Source: a virus (Duplodnaviria > Caudoviricetes). From it: a DNA stretch of 64,000 nt. A model generated the notes under the pieces. The model did not search any database. It worked only from the letters and a program-made list of their open reading frames with translations, and was not told the DNA's origin. The stretch is from IMG/VR virus record IMGVR_UViG_3300033069_001465; one strand, 5' to 3'. The translations under genes and the position numbers were made by a program. Below are positions 17,355-25,585 of the stretch, one piece after another (the stretch's first letter is position 1; each line of letters begins with the position of its first letter).

Positions 17355-18521
17355 ATGAAGATACGTAAGAAGTTTTTACAATTGACAAGAATGACATATC
17401 CCTATGGAACCGAAAAGTTTCTGGAATCTTTCCTGCCTGATGGCGTTCAAATGGATAAGTTCGGAAACTACTACCTTTCTGTTGGTGATAATTACACAAC
17501 AATGTTTACCTGTCACTTAGATACATCTTGTCGTAAGATGGAAAATGTTACTCACAAATTTTGTGGGAGTTATATAATGACAGACGGAACAACAATTTTG
17601 GGTGCTGATGATAAGGCGGGTATGATTGTTGTTCTATATATGATAGAAAAGAAAATTCCTGGTCTTTACTACTTCTTTATTGGTGAGGAAACTGGATGTA
17701 TTGGATCCTCTGACTTATCTGAGGAACTTGAAAAAGACGGTGATGTCCCAGTAGAATTAAAAAGCATTCAAAAAGTAATTTCGTTTGATAGACGAGGTAC
17801 AAATTCTGTTATTACAGAACAATTTTATGGAGTTTGCTGTTCAGATGAATTTGCTAAAGAACTTTGTTCACAATTAAACACAAGTGGTCTTTTACAAATG
17901 GTACCGGATGATACAGGAGTCTTAACTGATTCAGCACAATTTATGGGTATTGTTCCTGAATGTACAAACATTTCTGTTGGATATTATGATGAACATACAC
18001 ATAAGGAAAGACAGGATATAGAACACCTTTATAAGCTTTGTAAATCTATTGAAAAAGTAAATTGGGAAACATTGCCGGTGGCTAGAGATCCTATTAAATA
18101 TTACAGTGAGTACTATGGTGGATGGGGATGGGGATGGGATGGTGAAGATGATTGGGAATCACCAAGAGATAAGAGTGTTTCCAACGCAACTCCTGTTATT
18201 AGTCGAGATACACATTTAAGTGAGTATGCTGATTATTCTGCTGGATTGTACTCATTCGTTAAGAGGGATGGTATAAGAACAAAAGCCTATATTTCACAAA
18301 CATGGATTAATCATGAAAAACTATTAATTATGGAAATGTTCCGAAAACAAGGACGTGCCATTGATGAATTAAGATGGGATGGTACATCATGTTGGGTTAG
18401 GGATGTGGGTGAAACTATTAACGCATATGTTGGTAATAGAAGTGACTTAGTTGAATTTATTGAAAACTTTTCTACAATTCCGGTAGCTCATTTGAAATAT
18501 GACTTAGTGTTCGTATCTTAA
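17355..18521 (+). CDS. M28/M20-family zinc peptidase (paralog of 5229..6839)
   Basis: FTCHLDT, LGADDKAG, GEETG, SFDRR and NISVGYYDEHT. Confidence 0.85.
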   Translation: MKIRKKFLQLTRMTYPYGTEKFLESFLPDGVQMDKFGNYYLSVGDNYTTMFTCHLDTSCRKMENVTHKFCGSYIMTDGTTILGADDKAGMIVVLYMIEKKIPGLYYFFIGEETGCIGSSDLSEELEKDGDVPVELKSIQKVISFDRRGTNSVITEQFYGVCCSDEFAKELCSQLNTSGLLQMVPDDTGVLTDSAQFMGIVPECTNISVGYYDEHTHKERQDIEHLYKLCKSIEKVNWETLPVARDPIKYYSEYYGGWGWGWDGEDDWESPRDKSVSNATPVISRDTHLSEYADYSAGLYSFVKRDGIRTKAYISQTWINHEKLLIMEMFRKQGRAIDELRWDGTSCWVRDVGETINAYVGNRSDLVEFIENFSTIPVAHLKYDLVFVS

Positions 18522-18676
18522 AGATAATTCTTAGGAGTTCTATACTCCTTTTGTTCTACAATTTCTATTAATTGGCTGGGAGACAAATTTTTTGGATCCC
18601 AGCCTTTTTGTTTGCAGTAGTCACTAATAAATTTCTCTATTAATAACTTGGTATCCAATTTTTTACGCTTTTTCAT
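18518..18676 (-). CDS. Small hypothetical protein (52 aa)
   Basis: MKKRKKLDTKLLIEKFISDYCKQKGWDPKNLSPSQLIEIVEQKEYRTPKNYL*; late-type motif 5 nt upstream. Below the ORF-track size cutoff. Confidence 0.7.
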   Translation of the reverse strand: MKKRKKLDTKLLIEKFISDYCKQKGWDPKNLSPSQLIEIVEQKEYRTPKNYL

Positions 18677-18691
18677 GCAGGTATATATTAA

Positions 18692-18723
18692 TTTGATTAT
18701 TTCCTCTAAAAGTCGTATCTTTG
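18692..18723 (+). promoter_or_regulatory. Bacteroidota-type promoter
   Basis: TTTG-N20-TATCTTTG-TAAT-ATG. Confidence 0.7.
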
Positions 18724-18727
18724 TAAT

Positions 18728-19243
18728 ATGTTATTTAAGATAAAAGGCATATTAGACTTTACTCCACAGGATGTGACTAAGAAGCACAAAAATCAATCCG
18801 CGTGGAAATGTGTTGCAATGATTAAAACAAATTGCGATATATCAGATTACTACGCTTGGTTTTTAAAGACAAGATTTAACTTAACTTTAAATAAGCCACT
18901 TAGAGGTACACACATTACTTTCATATCTGATAGAATGGATAGAGAGTTATTTATGGAAGCATCTAATGTTTTCAATGGTAAAGAAATTACTTTCTACTAC
19001 CAAAATATGCCTCGTTCCAATGGTCAACACTGGTGGTTGAGAGTATGGTCTCCTGAAGCAGAAGATATCAGAGAAGCTCTTGGTTTGGCAAGAGATCCTT
19101 ATTTTGGATTACACCTGACTTTAGGTACTGCTAATGAAAAGAATATAGAACACTCTAAGTATATTTTAGATTGCTGCAAGAAGTTTGAATTATTAAGTTC
19201 TGAACCAAGACAGCCATTAGATAATTATGAAATTTTTAAATAA
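18728..19243 (+). CDS. 2H phosphoesterase family protein
   Basis: Two HxT motifs, THITFI and LHLTLG, about 68 aa apart. Confidence 0.7.
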   Translation: MLFKIKGILDFTPQDVTKKHKNQSAWKCVAMIKTNCDISDYYAWFLKTRFNLTLNKPLRGTHITFISDRMDRELFMEASNVFNGKEITFYYQNMPRSNGQHWWLRVWSPEAEDIREALGLARDPYFGLHLTLGTANEKNIEHSKYILDCCKKFELLSSEPRQPLDNYEIFK

Positions 19244-19283
19244 TGGTTTGAGCTTGGATAAATTATAAAATAAGTGAAATAAT

Positions 19284-19733
19284 ATGAATTTATTTAAAAT
19301 AATTTGGTATAAAATTTACTACCATCTCAGTAGATATCTGTTTCACAGTGTGGTAAAATCAAATAAAACCGGAAAATACAAGGTCGCGGGACCTTGGAAA
19401 GTACCAAGAATGAGTCCCACGTCCTTATCAAATACAGATGAGGAAATTTATCAATTATTATCTAAATATGCTAACTTATTTATTACAATCGAAAATTTTA
19501 AATTATCCTACCGTGGTAATGACGATTTTAATGATTTTATAAATCTACCGAATAAAGTATCACTTATCTCATTTGGTGATATAAAAGATCTTAAAGGATA
19601 TGTTATATATCTTGAATGTGAGATAAAAGATAAATATCATACAAAATTTATTTTTCATACCGAAAATGTACCTTACGATGATCCAAAATTGGTATCATTA
19701 ATAAGGGACAAAAGATTAAGCGAATTAGTATGA
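19284..19733 (+). CDS. Hypothetical protein with C-terminal RDxRLxxL motif
   Basis: Ends LIRDKRLSELV*. Confidence 0.75.
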   Translation: MNLFKIIWYKIYYHLSRYLFHSVVKSNKTGKYKVAGPWKVPRMSPTSLSNTDEEIYQLLSKYANLFITIENFKLSYRGNDDFNDFINLPNKVSLISFGDIKDLKGYVIYLECEIKDKYHTKFIFHTENVPYDDPKLVSLIRDKRLSELV

Positions 19734-20035
19734 TGTACAATCAAGTAGAACTAAAATTATCTTTTTCTGATAGATACAGAAGCTATGAAGATGGTGAGGA
19801 AGCCGAAGTCGGAATAGAGTTTGAAAGTGTTAGTAAAATGAGAAATTTTATAAATAACGGACAAAGAGTATTCAAAGTTTTAATGAATGATACATATGGA
19901 CGAACCTATCGATCAATGTATACAGTTTTCAAAGTGATAAAAATACACAAAATAAAACACAAGAAAATTGAAGCTACTATTCAGAAAATGAACCTAAGAG
20001 ATTATAACTTAGATACGATACTAGAGGCAATCTAA
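19730..20035 (+). CDS. Hypothetical protein with C-terminal RDxxLxxIL motif
   Basis: Ends LRDYNLDTILEAI*. Confidence 0.75.
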   Translation: MMYNQVELKLSFSDRYRSYEDGEEAEVGIEFESVSKMRNFINNGQRVFKVLMNDTYGRTYRSMYTVFKVIKIHKIKHKKIEATIQKMNLRDYNLDTILEAI

Positions 20036-20049
20036 ACAAAAAGATTTAA

Positions 20050-21036
20050 TTATAAAAAAATCCTATTGCCTTTATAGTCACATATTATAAATTCAAAGTA
20101 CATACCCATTCTATGACAGGCTTCCATTTTTTTCTTGTTTTTTTCTATTTTAGACTGATATGTCCATATTGATTTAGCCTCATAAATCTTATTTATGGAT
20201 TTTATATAAAAATCTGGGTAGTATCTTCTTCTGATATTTTTATCATCCATGTAATAGATTACCCCAGTGACCTTATTTATATCCTTGACTGTGTACAAAA
20301 TATCATCTTCTTTATATTTCAAGAGTAAAATATCCAAGGCTATATTTTCATATCCTTGAATTTTGATTATTTTACCTGATGGTAATGTATAATTTTTAAA
20401 TTTTACTCTCGACCTTAAATTATTTAGAAAGTTTTCTTCTTTTTGCATTGGGTGTCCTCCATATTTTTCAAAATTTGCCTTCCTTACTCTATCTTTTATT
20501 ATATCAGATTGTATTGCGTGTTCCACTCCATATTTTTTAAGGTTAGTCTTTTTAACTTTCTGTTTAACTTCTTCAACCTTCATTGGACTATCTACACTAT
20601 ATTTATCAATAATTGATTTTCTTAATTTATTTTTTGTTGCTTCTGTTTTCATAGGATGTGTTCCATATTTTAATAAAAATGTTTTATTTGAACTTTCATT
20701 CCTTTTTTTATTTACAAATATACACCTATGTGATCCACATGAGGATTGATATCCTCTATTATTATCTAAAAATCTACACAGTCCTCCACACTGACAAATT
20801 ACATCATGATCAATATCATTTAATATTCTAAAAACAGATTCTTTTATTGAATTATTATATAAATAAATACTTTTAACTTTCTGTGAAACACTTTTATTTT
20901 TAATTAAAAAAAATGAAAATGATCTATTATTTTTAATTTCTTCTCTTATCTTCAAAAGTGTAATTTTTAATTCTACTTTATTTTTACAAAGTTCTATCTC
21001 ATTTACATATTGAATAAATGCACTTCTACTTTTCAT
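20050..21036 (-). CDS. Putative homing endonuclease (zinc ribbon, KYG repeats, PD-(D/E)xK domain)
   Basis: CQCG...C....C, four KYG/KYS repeats and YYPDFYI...YEAKS. Confidence 0.75.
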   Translation of the reverse strand: MKSRSAFIQYVNEIELCKNKVELKITLLKIREEIKNNRSFSFFLIKNKSVSQKVKSIYLYNNSIKESVFRILNDIDHDVICQCGGLCRFLDNNRGYQSSCGSHRCIFVNKKRNESSNKTFLLKYGTHPMKTEATKNKLRKSIIDKYSVDSPMKVEEVKQKVKKTNLKKYGVEHAIQSDIIKDRVRKANFEKYGGHPMQKEENFLNNLRSRVKFKNYTLPSGKIIKIQGYENIALDILLLKYKEDDILYTVKDINKVTGVIYYMDDKNIRRRYYPDFYIKSINKIYEAKSIWTYQSKIEKNKKKMEACHRMGMYFEFIICDYKGNRIFL

Positions 21037-21106
21037 AAACTTTTTATATATTTTATATAAAATATATATTAGATTATATAATCTCTGTAGTAAAAATAAT
21101 GTAAGT

Positions 21107-21889
21107 ATGCCAGAATTACCTGAGTGTAAAATAATGTCTGAATATATTAATCAACATAGTAATAACAGGTATGTTAAAATCTACAATGTTGAAAGGGGAA
21201 ATATTCCAAGTGAATATTTAAGTTCCAAGTTTGTAATACATTCTACTAATAATGGAAAAGAACTTAATCTCAAATTATCATTTAGAGATAGGGATCCTAT
21301 TACCATTTTTGTTTTTATGGGAATGAGTGGTAATTGGAAGTATGTTAGAACAAATGAGTGGAATGATACCAAATATGTTCGCTTAAGACTCGATGATGAA
21401 ACTGGGCACTCTTTATTATTACATGGTGGATATATGGGTCCGAAGTATAATATTAATAAACCATTTAGTGGAACAAAACGAGGACCAGATCCGATGAAAG
21501 ATTTTGAAAATTTTAAGAAAAATATCATATCCAACTTAGATAAAAAAGATTTTAATAAACCAATTTATGAAGCATTATTGAATCAAAAATATTTCAATGG
21601 TATAGGAAACTATCTTAGGTCTACTATTCTTTATTATTTAGATGAAAATCCATTTCAAAGTGCTAGGGATATAATTAAAAATAGACCAGAAATACTTGAT
21701 TTGTGTAAGGATATTCCTATAAAATCATATCAATTAAATGGTGGCCAACTAAGAGATTGGAAAAATCCATTTGATACCGATTCACAGTCATTTATAGATT
21801 GGGTTTATTATCAAAAAGGTGACTCTATGAAAGATTCAAATAAAAGAACATTTTGGTTTGATCCAAAGTGGAAAAAATATAAAAAATAA
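21107..21889 (+). CDS. nei: Fpg/Nei-family DNA glycosylase, NEIL1-like (zincless finger)
   Basis: MPELPE, GMSG, H2TH LLNQKYFNGIGNYLR and C-terminal DSNKRTFWF with no Cys zinc finger. Confidence 0.9.
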   Translation: MPELPECKIMSEYINQHSNNRYVKIYNVERGNIPSEYLSSKFVIHSTNNGKELNLKLSFRDRDPITIFVFMGMSGNWKYVRTNEWNDTKYVRLRLDDETGHSLLLHGGYMGPKYNINKPFSGTKRGPDPMKDFENFKKNIISNLDKKDFNKPIYEALLNQKYFNGIGNYLRSTILYYLDENPFQSARDIIKNRPEILDLCKDIPIKSYQLNGGQLRDWKNPFDTDSQSFIDWVYYQKGDSMKDSNKRTFWFDPKWKKYKK

Positions 21890-21890
21890 T

Positions 21891-22154
21891 ATGATGCAAA
21901 CACTAACTGAGGATCAATCAAGGGAATACAACATATCTTTATCAAAGGATATAGAAGATTGGTGGTCTGATCTTTCAATATCTGAAAAGAAAAGTATATA
22001 TGATTATCATAAACCCATGTTTTTACAAATTAAATGTTCACATGAATTTAATAAAATCAATTTCTATTCAGAAAAAATAGAACATTGTCATAAATGTAAT
22101 TATAATAGATCTATCTCTGATGCTAGGAACGAAAAAATAAATGATTTAATATGA
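21891..22154 (+). CDS. Small zinc-finger-like protein with C-terminal RNEKINDLI motif
   Basis: CSH...CHKC; probable start at ATG 21891. Confidence 0.7.
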   Translation: MMQTLTEDQSREYNISLSKDIEDWWSDLSISEKKSIYDYHKPMFLQIKCSHEFNKINFYSEKIEHCHKCNYNRSISDARNEKINDLI

Positions 22155-22981
22155 ATAAGGCAGATTTTTACTATAAGGAAAATTTAAAAAAAATTATAAA
22201 TGAGGGGTCATTGGATTCTAATCCTCGACCAAAATATAAAGATGGAACACCAGCACATAGTAAATTTATAACACAAGTTTTTGAAGAATATGATATTTCC
22301 AAGGCAGAGTTCCCAATAACAACATTGAGGAATACTGCCATTAAAACTGGTATAAAGGAAATACTTTGGATATATCAAAAGCAGTCAAACTCTTTAAAAG
22401 ATGCTATGGATATGGGAATTAATTGGTGGAATGAATGGGACATTGGTGATAAAACAATCGGACAACGATATGGTGCAACTATCAGAAAATATGATTTTGT
22501 TAATAATATCCTAAAAAATCTTAAAAATGATCCATTTTCTAGGAGACATATCATAAATCTGTATCAAGAAAATGACCTAAGAGAAACGAAAGGTTTATAT
22601 CCATGTGCTTATGAGACTATTTGGAGTGTTAGAAAAAAAAATGATGACTTACTTTTAGATCTAACTTTAAATCAGAGGTCTAACGATTATATAATGGCGG
22701 GATATATAAATAAAATACAATATGTTTCTTTACAAATGATGTTTGCCTCACACCTGGGATATAAAGTTGGCAAATTCTGTCATTTTGTTCAGAACCTACA
22801 TATATATGATAGACATTATGATGCAGCATTAGAGATATTAAGTAGACCGCCGATTAATGATTGCCCATATATTGAACTGAAATCAAAGAAAGATTTTTAT
22901 GACTTTAGTATTGACGATTTCTATATTAAGAATGTGAATGGAATAAAAAAGTTATCATCAGATATAGAAATTGCTATATAA
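22151..22981 (+). CDS. thyA: Thymidylate synthase
   Basis: FSRRHI, LYPCAY, NQRSND, INKIQY and NLHIYDRH. Confidence 0.93.
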   Translation: MNKADFYYKENLKKIINEGSLDSNPRPKYKDGTPAHSKFITQVFEEYDISKAEFPITTLRNTAIKTGIKEILWIYQKQSNSLKDAMDMGINWWNEWDIGDKTIGQRYGATIRKYDFVNNILKNLKNDPFSRRHIINLYQENDLRETKGLYPCAYETIWSVRKKNDDLLLDLTLNQRSNDYIMAGYINKIQYVSLQMMFASHLGYKVGKFCHFVQNLHIYDRHYDAALEILSRPPINDCPYIELKSKKDFYDFSIDDFYIKNVNGIKKLSSDIEIAI

Positions 22982-23735
22982 ATTTATATTTATACTCCTT
23001 GTATTTTTTATTTTTACTTAAAATTCTCCATCTTATTGTTGTTATTGGTATGTTTAGTTGATTTGAAGCCTCTCCTAATGATGAATATTCAATTTCATTT
23101 ATTATTACAGGTGTGTTCTGTGATCCTTTATACCCTCTAGTTAATGCACTTTTTGACATCTTTTCTATTGATTCTTTAGAGTGTTTCTTGCCAAAAAATG
23201 GATTTTTATCACCAGATTTATCAAAACATTTAATGCATTTATTGGTATTTTGCTTTTTAGTTCTTCCACATTCGCAATAATAAACAATCTTTGATTTTCC
23301 ATTTTGCCAATTCGGATTTTTCTCCATTGGTTTTGAAAATTTAATAATTTTTTCTTCTTTAGTCATATTGGAAAAAGTTAAAATTAGTGATTTACTAATT
23401 TTATCACATATTTCCTTTTTATTTGGATTGTATGATAGATTATCACCACCGGAAGATGAAATTCCTATATTAAATCCATTTATATATGGTTTATATAAAT
23501 CCAAATAGTATTGCTCTCGTATCAATAAAATATTTGTATCACACTTTTCAACTATCTCAAATTTAAAATTATCTATTCCATATTTATTGAATGATCTTTG
23601 CATATATATATTTATATGTTTATCTAAGTTAAGATCATTAATATGTCTATTCCATCTTATCTTTATATTTTTTGCCGATCCAATATATATTCTATTATTT
23701 GGAATACATGTGATTTTATAAATTCCCGTAATCAT
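22974..23735 (-). CDS. GIY-YIG homing endonuclease with NUMOD3/NUMOD1-like motifs
   Basis: GIYKI...IYIGSA..I..RW..H and NPFFGKKHSKESIEKMS. Start moved to ATG 23735, 5 nt after the late motif. Confidence 0.9.
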   Translation of the reverse strand: MITGIYKITCIPNNRIYIGSAKNIKIRWNRHINDLNLDKHINIYMQRSFNKYGIDNFKFEIVEKCDTNILLIREQYYLDLYKPYINGFNIGISSSGGDNLSYNPNKKEICDKISKSLILTFSNMTKEEKIIKFSKPMEKNPNWQNGKSKIVYYCECGRTKKQNTNKCIKCFDKSGDKNPFFGKKHSKESIEKMSKSALTRGYKGSQNTPVIINEIEYSSLGEASNQLNIPITTIRWRILSKNKKYKEYKYKFI

Positions 23736-23789
23736 ATTAGTATATATTAAATTAATAGAGATATCCTTCAACTATTTATCTAACTAAAT

Positions 23790-23817
23790 AAAAAACCCTC
23801 TCAATTGAGAGGGTTTT
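23790..23817 (-). terminator. Intrinsic terminator after the major capsid gene
   Basis: Palindrome AAAACCCTCTCAATTGAGAGGGTTTT with a U-tract. Confidence 0.8.
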
Positions 23818-23836
23818 GTTATTTCTAATCTGAGGA

Positions 23837-25522
23837 TTAGTTAAGGAATCCACCAGCGTCTGTAACGTTAAGTTGCATATACTGTTTTTGTGGGAACCAA
23901 CCAACTTCAGCTACTGCATATCTTGAACGTAATAACATTCTAGGAGCGAATGTAGCTTCAGAAATGATGCTGATAGATTGTGCCATTAAGTATGGAACAA
24001 AGATAACACCAGGTTGATCAGGGTTGTTCTTTCTACCAAGAACGATTCTGTTGTCGTTATACTTCATGTAAGGATCAACATAAACAGTGATATCACCGAT
24101 TTGACCTACAGGGTATAATTGACCTGAACCATTGATCTTAGATTTAGCAGGGTTAATTGTGTAACCAGCTACATCCATGAAAGCTGCTGCAAGACCTCCG
24201 TTAGTAACTGCAAATTGTGCAGGACCAACACGACCTTCAGTTGCGATGAAGTTAGAAGCGTGTACTAACTTAGTGATAAGTTTTCTTTGTACAGCGTGTG
24301 TAGTTTCACCACCTGGGCCAGAAGTACCAACATAAGATGTGTCTAAGTCAAATAAAGGACTACCACCTCTCGTAGGAGCAGATGTTCTGTTTAATGCACC
24401 TAATTCGAAGATTTTAGCAATGATTTGCTTAGAAATTGTTTGAGATAACTCATTAACAAGGATAGACTCCATCTTTTGAACGATGTCCATACCAGTGTTA
24501 GCTTTGATATCTTCAATTTCACTTCTTCTAAGAGCTGAAGATACTTCAATAGTACCAACTGCGATAGATTTAGAAGAAACTTTAGGTCCGATAACACCAG
24601 CGTAGCTGTTATCATCATCTTGACGAGACATTGGATAAGTACCACCGTTAGTCCAGTTAGATACGAAGCCAGGAATGTGATCTTCAAGAGCAGACACTAA
24701 TTCAACTGTACATGCAGAAACTGCAGTACCACCAAGTAAAGTGATTTGAGCCACCATAGAGGCAGTTGGGTTGAAAGTGTTTTTAGTTTGGTCAAATGCC
24801 CAAGGAGCAGGACCAGTTACACTGCTAGGAGTTACAGCACCGAAAGCGTTAGCTTGTCTGTAAGCCTTAAACATTGGGTAACCATCAATACGAGAGAATC
24901 CTAAGAATTCTGTCCAATATTGTTTAGAAACACCACTAGTTGCTGGGTCAGTTGTTGATGTTGAACCAGTGTTGATGTTCTGGAATAATCTACCACCAGC
25001 TAAACCACCCTGAGTTTGAGTGATTGAAGCACTTACTAAAGCAGCAGTTAAACCTGCAACAACAGCGGCAGCTTCACTAGTGCTAGTAACGTTAACTTTG
25101 AAAACCTGAGGTCTTTCATTGTTATCAAGATTACTATCATCATACTGGAAGTCGATGTAAAGTAAGTCGATTTTTGGACCAGGAGTAGGTTTTACAGCAA
25201 CAAGGTCAAGACCAATTGTTTGAGCTGCAATTTTCATAGCTACTGGTAAAAGGTTTTGGCCTAAATCACCAGAACCGACTTGACCACCATGGCTAGACCA
25301 GTTAGTACCGATAGTACTACCTGCCCAAGTTGAAGGCTGAGGAGCGGTTATTGAACCCATACCTGCGATACCTGCGTTAAGGTATGCATTTTCATTGATA
25401 GAGTGGTACTCAGCATATTCTGATAACCAGTCTAATTTTTCTTCGCTAACAACACCCATGTTCTCCAATACAGGAGCCCATTTCTTGAAAGCTTTTTGTT
25501 TGTCTATTCTAATGTGTGACAT
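23837..25522 (-). CDS. gp23: Major capsid protein (T4 gp23-like)
   Basis: KWAPVLE, LVAVKP..GP, L.NELSQ.I.K.I, G.I.VYVDPY, GVIFVPY and FAPR....SRYA; codon bias typical of high expression. Confidence 0.93.
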   Translation of the reverse strand: MSHIRIDKQKAFKKWAPVLENMGVVSEEKLDWLSEYAEYHSINENAYLNAGIAGMGSITAPQPSTWAGSTIGTNWSSHGGQVGSGDLGQNLLPVAMKIAAQTIGLDLVAVKPTPGPKIDLLYIDFQYDDSNLDNNERPQVFKVNVTSTSEAAAVVAGLTAALVSASITQTQGGLAGGRLFQNINTGSTSTTDPATSGVSKQYWTEFLGFSRIDGYPMFKAYRQANAFGAVTPSSVTGPAPWAFDQTKNTFNPTASMVAQITLLGGTAVSACTVELVSALEDHIPGFVSNWTNGGTYPMSRQDDDNSYAGVIGPKVSSKSIAVGTIEVSSALRRSEIEDIKANTGMDIVQKMESILVNELSQTISKQIIAKIFELGALNRTSAPTRGGSPLFDLDTSYVGTSGPGGETTHAVQRKLITKLVHASNFIATEGRVGPAQFAVTNGGLAAAFMDVAGYTINPAKSKINGSGQLYPVGQIGDITVYVDPYMKYNDNRIVLGRKNNPDQPGVIFVPYLMAQSISIISEATFAPRMLLRSRYAVAEVGWFPQKQYMQLNVTDAGGFLN

Positions 25523-25585
25523 TTTTTTTTGTTTGTTTTTTTGTCTACTTTCGTAGATTAGTTTTTTTTAGTCTATTTTCATAGA

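Noticed and set aside
22151-22981. thyA as a dCMP hydroxymethylase for modified DNA, or as an intron-split gene
   Set aside because: It has the Asn typical of dUMP-specific enzymes (INKIQY), the ORF is continuous, and the GIY-YIG gene is outside it on the opposite strand.
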